DNA of 64,000 nucleotides, taken from NCBI GenBank assembly GCA_041483895.1, contig JBGPGO010000007.1, positions 131,378-195,377 of the forward strand, in the 5' to 3' direction. The DNA is from Fimbriimonadia bacterium (lineage in GTDB: Bacteria > Armatimonadota > Fimbriimonadia > Fimbriimonadales > JABRVX01). The notes beneath the pieces were generated by a model, which was not told where the DNA came from, made no database searches, and saw nothing but the letters and a program-made list of their open reading frames with translations. A program made the translations under genes and the position numbers. This document shows positions 47,501 through 54,968 of the stretch, piece by piece (position 1 is the first letter of the stretch; each line of letters begins with the position of its first letter).

Positions 47501-47819
47501 GATTCTTTGGAAGCCGCCGTTCCGCGTCGAGGTGACCGGAATCGTGAAGGCCGGTTCCAACAATCTAGAGATTGCAATCACCAATCTGTGGCCGAACCGG
47601 CTGATTGGGGACGAGCAGCTTCCGCCGGACGTGGAGTGGGCGGGGGCGCGGCTGAAGGAGTGGCCCGACTGGCTGAAGAACGGCAAGCCTCGCCCAAAGA
47701 CCGGCCGGCTGGCGTTCACCACTTGGCACTTTTACAACAAGGATTCTCCGCTGTTGGAGTCGGGGTTGATCGGTCCGGTTGCGTTGCGATCAGCGCGGGT
47801 CTTGTCATTGAATCCGTAG
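44523..47819 (+). CDS. Large secreted glycoside hydrolase, GH106-like (alpha-L-rhamnosidase-type N-terminus, galactose-binding-like C-terminus)
   Basis: Signal peptide, then FLNPPDSAKPHTWWHWMDGNITKEGLTADLEAMKKAGIGG, which recalls the GH106/BT0986-type N-terminus. Size is 1098 aa. Confidence 0.55.
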   Translation: MRLIAVTAALLAAGMALSQDQLAKSFLNPPDSAKPHTWWHWMDGNITKEGLTADLEAMKKAGIGGAQMFTVAVGIPPGPVGYMSDKWREMVKHAVKEAGRLGIELCIHNCAGWSSSGGPWIDPAHAMQLIAWSEKAVHGPMHFDDKLAMPKPPYSYKVIDYHKDIVVLAFPTPKPFKVEGLNGRSGASRGPDNLYPDVTPVPDGVAISREKILVISEKMDESGRLVWDVPDGDWTILRIGYTPTGKDNHPAPPEGDGLEVDKLSREALDVHWNGMMAKIIADLGPLAGKVLNNSLIDSYEVDSQNWTPKMREEFQQRRGYDLLTYLPVVCGKIVDSHEMSERFLWDLRRTIGDLFADNYYAYFRDLCHKAGLKFSTEPYGNGTFDNAQCGGIADIPMGEFWVGGGAIETTKLASSIGHVYGHPVIGAESFTADDNVGRYLVEPYGIKALGDKIFCNGINRYIFHRYAHQPWMNLKPGMTMGPWGMHLDRTETWWDDASAWLKYVARCQYLLQQGHFVADALYFYGEGAPNDLPYGDALLPAMPKGYDYDGCDATIVMNRITVKNGRIVLPDGTSYSILILPDSQFMTPRMARRVRDLVRQGAVVYGPKPTMSPSLNGYPTCDDEVAKIGDEVWGKFNGKTVLIGSYGSGRVIWGKSLNEVLTDLGDDPDLQYQGLNGGANLAHIHRNIDGADVYFVANQQNRAVRVDCSFRVAGKAPELWFPETGRTMPAPIYRPDKYRTSVTMNLGPVESVFVIFRKGDSADHYPNLTFVPQGQESETPQTIVIKSARYGTEDGRGVDVTAKVQQMVSEGQYEIHATNGMFGDPVVNVQKRLVVQYELNGKPMDKTVPENGTIAILVTNDNPYTFPEFDLIRDSKGMVAALPWKAGTFEWTPLVAAQKKIPVANDADAVNIAGPWTVNFAKGWGAPPTVHFADLHSWPMDTDDGVKYFSGTATYIKQFSVPAAMIGQGRSVWLDLGKVKNFARVRVNGKDLGILWKPPFRVEVTGIVKAGSNNLEIAITNLWPNRLIGDEQLPPDVEWAGARLKEWPDWLKNGKPRPKTGRLAFTTWHFYNKDSPLLESGLIGPVALRSARVLSLNP

Positions 47820-47827
47820 GTTGCATC

Positions 47828-47854
47828 TCCCTTCATAGTACGACTATGAAGGGA
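47828..47854. repeat. REP-like palindrome, family A copy (12-bp arms, 3-nt loop)
   Basis: TCCCTTCATAGT-acg-ACTATGAAGGGA begins 9 nt after the stop of the GH106-like gene. Confidence 0.85.
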
Positions 47855-47945
47855 TGTTCCTATCTCTTTCCTCTCCCTCAACGCGGGTCTTGGTGTGAGC
47901 CAAATGCAAGGGACCGGCAAAACGACCCGCGTCTACTATGCCGAA

Positions 47946-47996
47946 ACTGTGAAGGGATGGGATTCACTTCGATACCTTCACAGTCGCACTGTGAAG
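47946..47996. repeat. REP-like family A cluster (half-site + full palindrome)
   Basis: ACTGTGAAGGGA...CCTTCACAGT-cgc-ACTGTGAAG shares the core CCTTCACAGT / ACTGTGAAGG with the element inside the leuB 3' end. Confidence 0.8.
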
Positions 47997-48004
47997 AGCA
48001 ATCG

Positions 48005-48898
48005 CTATTTTTCGCTCTTCGGGTTCGGTTTGCAGCCGCCTTCTCCGGTGGCGCGGACGTGGGCTTTGTGCTTATCCTCGATGCCCTTATACGCATACGG
48101 ATCGATGCCGGCGATAAGCACGATGTCGCGATTATCCGTGTTCGCGAAGTGCCTGCCTTCCTCTACCCGTCCCCAAGGGAGGAGCGACTCCGCGCTCATA
48201 TAATGGTTGACCAGCACTCGCCGATACCCGGCTGCCGCCCGATTCGGCTGCGAGCGATGGAGCAGATAGCCGTTGAAGAACAGAATGGTCCCCGCCTCGA
48301 CCTCCACCGGGATCTCATCCTTCTCCGAGTAGGGAAATCCAAAGGTTTCCTCGGCGCAGTCGAAGCGGCGGTCATCGTGCTCGTGCTGCGGCCACAGGAT
48401 GCCGTGCTTGTGCGATCCCGGGATGACCCAAAGGGTGCCGTTCTCGACGGTCGCATCGTCTAAGGCGATCCAAGCGCCGGTAAGTGACCGGTCGCGCGTT
48501 GGAATATAGACCTCATCCTGGTGCCATGCCTGTCCGGGCTTGCCTGCCGCCTTGATAAACAGCATGCTTTGCATGCACTTTACATTCGGGCCGATCGCCT
48601 TGGTCAAGACATCGCCGATGACCGGATGACCGAGATACTTGAACATGACCTGCGAAATCTTGTGCGGGAAATGGATGCAGAGGAAGCGCTTGAGGATGTC
48701 GTCCTCTCTGTCGCCCGCCTCGGTCGGGACGAAGCCGTGATAGTCGCCGTAGTCTCCCCGGCAGATTTGGGTCGCATCTTTTCGCAACTCCTTAATTTCT
48801 TCTATGCTCAGGGCGCCGGGCACCGCGAGGAAGCCGCTTTCGCGGAAGAAAGCGATGTCATTATCGGTGATCGTCGGGTAGGCGTGTGTTGTTGGCAT
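48005..48898 (-). CDS. Phytanoyl-CoA dioxygenase (PhyH) family Fe(II)/2-oxoglutarate oxygenase
   Basis: FFRESGFLAVPGAL...WHQDEVYIPTRDRSLTGAWIALDDATVENGTLWVIPGSHK...HRS follow the PhyH-family HxD...H pattern. Confidence 0.8.
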   Translation of the reverse strand: MPTTHAYPTITDNDIAFFRESGFLAVPGALSIEEIKELRKDATQICRGDYGDYHGFVPTEAGDREDDILKRFLCIHFPHKISQVMFKYLGHPVIGDVLTKAIGPNVKCMQSMLFIKAAGKPGQAWHQDEVYIPTRDRSLTGAWIALDDATVENGTLWVIPGSHKHGILWPQHEHDDRRFDCAEETFGFPYSEKDEIPVEVEAGTILFFNGYLLHRSQPNRAAAGYRRVLVNHYMSAESLLPWGRVEEGRHFANTDNRDIVLIAGIDPYAYKGIEDKHKAHVRATGEGGCKPNPKSEK

Positions 48899-48930
48899 GT
48901 TGTTTCCTCATTCTATCACGAAAAGTTACT

Positions 48931-49042
48931 TTGTCATTCCGAGCCTGTCGAGGAATCCCTCTCTGGAGGCTATGTGATCTGACAGCGTTCGCTGAAGTCG
49001 AGAGGTTCTGAAAGAGATTCCCCGACAGGCTCGGAATGACAA
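48931..49042. repeat. MITE/REP-like element with 27-bp terminal inverted repeats (1 mismatch), family B
   Basis: TTGTCATTCCGAGCCTGTCGAGGAATC (48931-48957) pairs with GATTCCCCGACAGGCTCGGAATGACAA (49016-49042), with a 58-bp interior. It lies between the trpA stop and the PhyH start. Confidence 0.85.
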
Positions 49043-49073
49043 CTTCAACGTGTTCAGAATGACAGCTCCGTTA

Positions 49074-49847
49074 CTATTGAAGAAGTGCCCTTACAAACGC
49101 CTCTGCCTGTGCCGGTAGGTCGCCGGCCTCACGCATGTCGTGGAGGAACTGGACGAGAGCGCTGCCGACGACCGCGCCGTCGGCGAAGGCCTGAATGGCG
49201 CGAACATCGTCTACCGTGCGGATGCCAAAACCGACCACCGCAGGGGTCTGCGTCGCGGCTTCTACCTGTTCGACAAGGGCCTTCGTGTCATCGAGCGCTG
49301 CGGAACCGACGCCGGTGACCCCGGTTCGAGAGACGCAATAGACAAAACCCGTCGACAGCCGGCACGCCAATTCGATGCGATCCGGCGTGCTGGTGGGCGC
49401 GAGGAGAAAGATGGTGTCGAGTCCGGCGCCGTTCGCCGCCGTCTTCCACGGACCGGCCTCCTCAGGCGTGAGGTCGGTGACGATGACTCCGTCGGCGCCC
49501 GCCTCTTTCGCGCGGTTGGCAAACGCTTCCAGGCCGATGCGAAGAACCGGATTGTAGTAGGTCATCAGCACAATCGGCACATCGGTCTTCTCCCGTGTTT
49601 CGGCCAATTTATCAATGATCTGCCCCACGCGCACGCCACGATCGAGGGCCCGTTGGGAGCTTGCCTGGATGGTCGGTCCATCGGCTATCGGGTCGCTGAA
49701 CGGGATGCCGATCTCCACCGCGTCCGCTCCACCCTTGGCGAGCGACGCGACGATCTCCGGCAGTTGCGCGATATCCGGATCGCCGGCGGTGACGAAGCAG
49801 ATGAGGGATTTCTTTCCAGGCTGGGCGAGGCGTTCGAGTCGGGACAT
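49074..49847 (-). CDS. trpA: Tryptophan synthase alpha chain
   Basis: The ATG at 49847 gives MSRLERLAQPGKKSLICFVTAGDPD...VEIGIPFSDPIADGPTIQ...YYNP, a TrpA signature. No trpB is adjacent. Confidence 0.9.
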   Translation of the reverse strand: MSRLERLAQPGKKSLICFVTAGDPDIAQLPEIVASLAKGGADAVEIGIPFSDPIADGPTIQASSQRALDRGVRVGQIIDKLAETREKTDVPIVLMTYYNPVLRIGLEAFANRAKEAGADGVIVTDLTPEEAGPWKTAANGAGLDTIFLLAPTSTPDRIELACRLSTGFVYCVSRTGVTGVGSAALDDTKALVEQVEAATQTPAVVGFGIRTVDDVRAIQAFADGAVVGSALVQFLHDMREAGDLPAQAEAFVRALLQ

Positions 49848-49857
49848 GGGCTTCAGT

Positions 49858-50940
49858 TTACTCGGCAGCAAGCATATCCATGAGGCGGTCGTTGATAAAG
49901 AGCACATCGCGGCCCATTTGACGGCGTCTGAGCACTCCGATATCTTCCAGTTGAGATAAATATCTGGCAGCGGTGTTTCGCGAGGCTATTCCCGCGCGTT
50001 CCAATGTCGTTGACCGAATATATGGCAATTGGAAAACGAGATCGATTAGCTCGCGACTGTATCGGCGTCCCAACTTTTCCATTGCCAGTTCGCAGGTCTC
50101 CTTTATCGCTGCTCGAATTTGCTCCAAACGTCTGCGTGTCCCGGTGGCGGTTTCGCGAATCGCTTCCAACAAATAGAGAATCCAGGGTTCCCACATTTCC
50201 AGTTCCGTCACGTCTCGCAGATGGCGATAATATGCCGCACGATTTTCTAAGATGTAGTGACTCAAGTACAGCACAGGTACTTCAAGCAGTTTGTTCTGAA
50301 GCATCGTGAGAATATTTATCACCCTGCCGACTCGACCATTTCCATCCGGAAATGGGTGGATGGCTTCGAATTGATAATGCGCCACCGCCATTTTGATCAA
50401 TGGATCCACACCGTCGTCAATTGCGAGATAATCACAGAGGTTCTGTAGAAGGCTACTTATCAGGTCCTTTCCAAAGGGAGGCGTATAAACGATATCGCCT
50501 GATACGCTAGCGGCAAGTCTTGTTCCGGGGCCCGCGCGAAGATCGAATACGGGAGACTTAATGATCTTGGCCAACTCGATAATTAAGGACGTATCGATTG
50601 CGGGCTGCTGGTGCAACGTGCGATAGCCATGCCAGACCGCCTGCTCGTATCTAAGGACTTCCTTTGCTTGAGGACTTTTGGCATCGGTGTTGTCTGCCAG
50701 GGGAACGTATAAAGCATCGTTTGTGGTTACGACGTTTTCTATCTCGGAAGATAGTTTCGCCTCTTGAATTACGGCGGCTCTCAATAGAATGGATTGATTC
50801 GGGATGGACTGACCGAGGGTGTTCAACTCCGCGAGCGCCAAACGAGCCGGCAGTAGTTCGAGAAGAATCTGTTTTGTTACCACGTCCTTCGTCGGAGGCA
50901 ATGGCGGTAAATCGTTGTATGGTTCTTCGCGATCGAACAT
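49858..50940 (-). CDS. Fic-family AMPylase-type protein with N-terminal inhibitory motif and C-terminal wHTH-like domain
   Basis: Fic motif HPFPDGNGRVGR. An upstream SSEIEN matches (S/T)xxxE(G/N). Start taken at ATG 50940 (MFDREEPYNDLPPLPP), with a TTG at 50988 as the alternative. Confidence 0.85.
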   Translation of the reverse strand: MFDREEPYNDLPPLPPTKDVVTKQILLELLPARLALAELNTLGQSIPNQSILLRAAVIQEAKLSSEIENVVTTNDALYVPLADNTDAKSPQAKEVLRYEQAVWHGYRTLHQQPAIDTSLIIELAKIIKSPVFDLRAGPGTRLAASVSGDIVYTPPFGKDLISSLLQNLCDYLAIDDGVDPLIKMAVAHYQFEAIHPFPDGNGRVGRVINILTMLQNKLLEVPVLYLSHYILENRAAYYRHLRDVTELEMWEPWILYLLEAIRETATGTRRRLEQIRAAIKETCELAMEKLGRRYSRELIDLVFQLPYIRSTTLERAGIASRNTAARYLSQLEDIGVLRRRQMGRDVLFINDRLMDMLAAE

Positions 50941-51114
50941 GCACACAAAATACCTGGTTTTTTCAATCAAAGGGCGGAATCCGCGCAAATCTTAGGCATA
51001 TGCAAGTCAATCTGCCCAGAAAATACCTTGTTTTTGGGCAGATCGGTCCGGACATGCCCAGAACTTGGGCATGTTTCCATGCTTATGCACAGCAAATACT
51101 GGGTTTTTGGGCAC

Positions 51115-51143
51115 TTCAACCGAAAGGAGCCACCGAGTATAAT
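51115..51143 (+). promoter_or_regulatory. Candidate promoter TTCAAC-17 nt-TATAAT immediately upstream of the dCMP deaminase start
   Basis: The perfect TATAAT at 51138-51143 ends 10 nt before ATG 51154. -35-like TTCAAC at 51115-51120 with a 17-nt spacer. Confidence 0.4.
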
Positions 51144-51153
51144 CCCAGCCAAG

Positions 51154-51603
51154 ATGGACCGGCCAAGCTGGGATGCTTATTTCATGCGGATCGCCCACGA
51201 TGTTTCCACCCGGGCGACATGCCTGCGGAGGAAGGTCGGGGCGGTAATCGTGGCGGAAAAGCGGATTTTGACGACCGGTTACAACGGCGCGCCGCACGGC
51301 CTGCCCCACTGCACCGAGGTGGGCTGCAAGCTGGATAACGGACACTGCATCCGCACCCTGCACGCGGAGCAGAACGCCATCGCTCAGGCCGCGCTCTTCG
51401 GCGTCAGCTGTTTGGGTTCCGGTCTTTATGTCACTTGTCAGCCCTGCAACAACTGCGCCAAGATGATCATAAACGCCGGCATCAAGAAGGTGGTTTTCGA
51501 GGGCGATTATCCCGACCCGTTCGCCTTGGAGCTATTCGAGTTCGCCCAGGTGGAGCTGTTTCGGTACGGGGAAGACACTATTGAAAAGGTGCCGCTCGGA
51601 TGA
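51154..51603 (+). CDS. dCMP deaminase (ComEB/CDA-type zinc deaminase)
   Basis: RPSWDAYFMRIAHDVSTRATCLRRKVGAVIV...HAEQNAI...CQPCNNCAKMIINAGIKKVVF contains the HAE and PCxxC zinc motifs. Confidence 0.85.
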   Translation: MDRPSWDAYFMRIAHDVSTRATCLRRKVGAVIVAEKRILTTGYNGAPHGLPHCTEVGCKLDNGHCIRTLHAEQNAIAQAALFGVSCLGSGLYVTCQPCNNCAKMIINAGIKKVVFEGDYPDPFALELFEFAQVELFRYGEDTIEKVPLG

Positions 51604-52706
51604 TCGTCCAGATACTGATCATCGGCTTTGTCTCCCTACTGACCTCTCTGTTGCTGACCCCATTCGTCCGGAGGTGGGCGGTCGCAAAGGGGATCACGGA
51701 CGATCCGGCTGACCCGCGCCGCATGCACAAGACGGCGATGCCGCGTTGGGGCGGGCTGGCGATCGGCGCGGCTACCCTGGTTGGGGCGACGGTGGCCCGT
51801 TTTGGATTTGGTTTCGGTCAGGGACCGGAGAGCACGGCATTCGAGGGCGTTCTGCTGGTCGGGGTTGCGGTCCTCCTGATGGGGGCGCTCGACGATAAGC
51901 TCGACTTCTCGGCAGGCACTCAGGCAATCTTCCTCCTGCTTTGCGGCCTCGTCGTGCAGCTATTTGGGGTTCAAATCACCGGAGTCTCAAGACCTTGGCA
52001 TGGGCCAGGCGAATCGAATTGGTTCCCGCTCGGCAACTGGGCCTGGCCGGTCACCGCGATCTGGATGTTCGTCGTCTCCAAGACGATGGATACGATTGAT
52101 GGATTGGACGGCTTGGCTGCGGGGATTGCCGCTATTTCCGCCACAACGCTTGCCATCTTGGCCCTTCAATATCACCCGCCCATGGCAGCCGCGGCGGCGC
52201 TGGCGGCTGCGGTTTGTGGGGCCTGCATCGGGTTTTTGCGGCACAATTACAATCCGGCAAAAATCATCATGGGCACTGGGGGAGCGCAGTTCCTCGGGTT
52301 TACCTTGGCGGGTCTGAGCGTCATCGGGGCGTCCAAGACCGCGGCGGTGGTTACCGTCGGGATTCCCGTCCTGATCTTCGCAATTCCGATTTTCGACGCA
52401 TTTTTCGTGGTTTTTCGGCGCATTTTGCACCGACAACCGATATATAAGGCGGACAAACGCCACATTCACCATCACCTGATCAGCAAGGGACTTTCGCAAC
52501 GCCAGACGGTTCTGGTGCTGTATGCTGTTGCAATCGTCCTTTGCGCCACAGCGTTATGGATATTTGGGAAATCACGCGATGACAGACATTCAACCGGGCA
52601 GGTCGCCTCTTTCGGTACTAACAGTTTTCGGGACCCGGCCGGACGCCATCAAGATGGCGCCGGTTATCAAGGAGCTGGCGCGATTTCCCGATCAAGTACG
52701 GCTTAG
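51600..52706 (+). CDS. MraY/WecA-family polyprenyl-phosphate N-acetylhexosamine-1-phosphate transferase (GT4)
   Basis: Polytopic protein with ALDDKLDF and TMDTIDGLDGLAAG motifs. ATGA overlap with the upstream gene. The last ~40 codons overlap wecB out of frame. Confidence 0.8.
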   Translation: MIVQILIIGFVSLLTSLLLTPFVRRWAVAKGITDDPADPRRMHKTAMPRWGGLAIGAATLVGATVARFGFGFGQGPESTAFEGVLLVGVAVLLMGALDDKLDFSAGTQAIFLLLCGLVVQLFGVQITGVSRPWHGPGESNWFPLGNWAWPVTAIWMFVVSKTMDTIDGLDGLAAGIAAISATTLAILALQYHPPMAAAAALAAAVCGACIGFLRHNYNPAKIIMGTGGAQFLGFTLAGLSVIGASKTAAVVTVGIPVLIFAIPIFDAFFVVFRRILHRQPIYKADKRHIHHHLISKGLSQRQTVLVLYAVAIVLCATALWIFGKSRDDRHSTGQVASFGTNSFRDPAGRHQDGAGYQGAGAISRSSTA

Positions 52707-53733
52707 GCTGGTCTCCAGCGGCCAGCATCGAGAGATGCTGCGGCAAGTGATGGACACGTTCGAAATCGAGCCGGATATCGATTTGGACATCATGCAGCAT
52801 GGGCAGACGCTTGCGGGCATCCTCACTCGCTCGCTCAACGGTCTGTCCGAGGTTATTGCGGAGGGGAAGCCGGACCTTGTGATTGCCCAGGGTGACACAA
52901 GCACCACTTTCGCCGCCTCCCTCGCCTCCCATTATAATCGCACCAAGTTCGCCCATGTGGAGGCGGGGCTGCGCACCCACGATCTGTACAATCCGTTTCC
53001 GGAAGAGGCCAATCGCCGTCTGACCGCCCAGATTGCGGATTTCCACTTTGCGCCCACCGATCTTGCCCGCCGAAACCTGATTGCCGAGGGGATTTCAGAG
53101 GATCGAATCTGGGTCACCGGGAATACGGGGATTGACGCTGTGAAGATCGCGGCCAACCGAATTCCGGACGCGGCGACGGGCAGCCGAATGGTGCTGGTTA
53201 CCGCCCATCGCCGGGAAAACTGGGGAGAGCCGATGCGTGACATCTGCCGAGCCATTTTGCAGCTTCTCGATCGGTTCGAAGATATCGAGGTCGTGCTGCC
53301 GATGCACAAGAATCCCGATGTGCGGGCGATCCTTACCGACGAACTTGGGCATCATCCTCGCGTGAGTTTGACCGAACCGCCCGAATATGCGGAATTCGTG
53401 GCCCTTATGAAACGGGCGACTCTGATCCTCACCGACTCCGGTGGCGTGCAGGAAGAGGCGCCGGGGTTAGGGAAACCTGTGCTCGTGCTGCGAAAAACAA
53501 CGGAACGGCCGGAGGGTTTGGGCGCGGGCGTCGCTCGGCTGGTCGGCACCGATCCGGCGGCTATCCTTTCGGAGGCCTCGGAACTTCTCTCTTCGGAAAC
53601 GGCCTATCATCGCATGGCGCAGGCAGTCAACCCGTATGGCGATGGCCTTGCCTCGGCCCGAATACGGACCGCGATTTTCCAGGAATACAGCATCGCCTGC
53701 GATGCTGAACCGGTGGCGCAATGGCAATCATAG
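52579..53733 (+). CDS. wecB: UDP-N-acetylglucosamine 2-epimerase (non-hydrolysing)
   Basis: LSVLTVFGTRPDAIKMAPVIKEL...GDTSTTFAA...HVEAGLRT...TDSGGVQEEAP are WecB signatures. Confidence 0.9.
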   Translation: MTDIQPGRSPLSVLTVFGTRPDAIKMAPVIKELARFPDQVRLRLVSSGQHREMLRQVMDTFEIEPDIDLDIMQHGQTLAGILTRSLNGLSEVIAEGKPDLVIAQGDTSTTFAASLASHYNRTKFAHVEAGLRTHDLYNPFPEEANRRLTAQIADFHFAPTDLARRNLIAEGISEDRIWVTGNTGIDAVKIAANRIPDAATGSRMVLVTAHRRENWGEPMRDICRAILQLLDRFEDIEVVLPMHKNPDVRAILTDELGHHPRVSLTEPPEYAEFVALMKRATLILTDSGGVQEEAPGLGKPVLVLRKTTERPEGLGAGVARLVGTDPAAILSEASELLSSETAYHRMAQAVNPYGDGLASARIRTAIFQEYSIACDAEPVAQWQS

Positions 53734-54854
53734 ACACTCGCTCCTCTATGGGCTGGTTCGCGCCGCTGTGGAACGTGGTGTGGCGGGTTGCCATTGCCGT
53801 CGGCATCCTTTGGTTTTTATCCCGGATTCTCGGTGTTGTCGCGATGTTCTTGGTTTCCGGAGCCTTCGCCTACTTCGTCTGGCTCGGCGTCGGGTTCCTC
53901 ATCCGCCTGAACTGGGGTCCGTTCAACCACTGGGGCGGAAAAGTGAAGCGGGTGATTGCGTGCATCCTCTGCTACATATTGCTAATTCTCTTCCTCTGGT
54001 TTGTGGGGGTTCAGATCTCCAAGCCGGTGAAGCAGGGTTTTGCCACTCTGAAGGATAATTGGTCGAGCTACTCGGCAAGGTTTGCGGAGTACACGGCGGA
54101 CGCGACGGACTTTTATGAAAAGAATGTGCCGGAGCCGATTCGAAGTTTCCTTGGCGACTGGAGGCTGCATTTCTTCGACGAGCGCGCATCGGTCCCCGGG
54201 CAAGCTCCGCGTTCCCCGTTTGCATGGATTTCAACGGTCGTGGAGTTGGTGCTGGTGCCGGTCCTCGCATTCTTTTTCATCGTCGATGGCCGGTCCATCA
54301 AGAAGGAAGTTCTTGAGCTGATACCCAGAAATCGCGTCCGAAAAGCGCTCAAGATCTCCCAGGAAACAAACCAAGTGATGATCGCATACACCAAGAGTCA
54401 GGTCATTCTATGCGTACTTGCCGGACTGGTTACGTATGGCATCTTCTTGCTTCGCCCGGAATGGCGGCCGTATGCGGCGGTGGTAGGGATATATGCCGGA
54501 TTGACCCGCGCGATTCCCCTCGTTGGACCCATCATAGGCGGCATTCCCATCATTTTGCTCGCGGGGGTGTCATCCGGCAGCCCCGTTGTGGCGGCATGGG
54601 TCACCGGCGGCTTTACAGCCATGCACTTCTTGGAGAGCAAGGCCGTCTTCCCTCTCATCGTCGGGCATCGGGTGGAGATGCACGCGGTGCTTGTCATCAC
54701 ATCGCTTCTTGTCGCCTACGAATTCTTTGGAATTTTCGGGATGTTTTTCGGACCGCCGGTCGCCGCTATCGCGCGCAACGTGATCGTGGGATCGATACGC
54801 AAGCGGCGGAGCGTCGAGGCGAGGGTGACTCCGGAGCTTATGCGTGCCGGCTGA
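53721..54854 (+). CDS. AI-2E family transporter (PerM/UPF0118)
   Basis: A protein of about 8 TM helices with the ...LVLVPVLAFFFIVDGRSIKKEVLELIP... and ...IGGIPIILLA... patterns typical of this family. Confidence 0.75.
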   Translation: MAIIDTRSSMGWFAPLWNVVWRVAIAVGILWFLSRILGVVAMFLVSGAFAYFVWLGVGFLIRLNWGPFNHWGGKVKRVIACILCYILLILFLWFVGVQISKPVKQGFATLKDNWSSYSARFAEYTADATDFYEKNVPEPIRSFLGDWRLHFFDERASVPGQAPRSPFAWISTVVELVLVPVLAFFFIVDGRSIKKEVLELIPRNRVRKALKISQETNQVMIAYTKSQVILCVLAGLVTYGIFLLRPEWRPYAAVVGIYAGLTRAIPLVGPIIGGIPIILLAGVSSGSPVVAAWVTGGFTAMHFLESKAVFPLIVGHRVEMHAVLVITSLLVAYEFFGIFGMFFGPPVAAIARNVIVGSIRKRRSVEARVTPELMRAG

Positions 54855-54968
54855 CCACAATGCTCGTAGCAGCGGGTTCGATCCCCGGCCCCTTCCTCGG
54901 CCACCCACCCTCATACCCGCTGAATGGGGAGTTATGATGCGACACATGGATCCGCGACTACAAGGGGT

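Noticed and set aside
48521-48982. 153-aa plus-strand ORF ending ...LLCHSEPVEESLSGGYVI
   Set aside because: It is antisense to the PhyH-family gene, and its 3' end is a translation of the MITE-like inverted repeat.
47820-51153. Integrated mobile element or prophage (REP/MITE clusters, PhyH, isolated trpA, Fic)
   Set aside because: No integrase, transposase, phage structural genes or flanking direct repeats were seen. Only compositional and repeat hints exist, and these are reported as separate low-confidence observations.
54866-54892. tRNA-like T-arm sequence (GCGGG-TTCGATC-CCCGG) between the AI-2E transporter and uppP
   Set aside because: Only a T-loop-like fragment is present, and its stem has a G-G mismatch. 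No matching acceptor, D or anticodon arms and no CCA context exist on either side. At most it is a tRNA 3' remnant, and no integrase is nearby.
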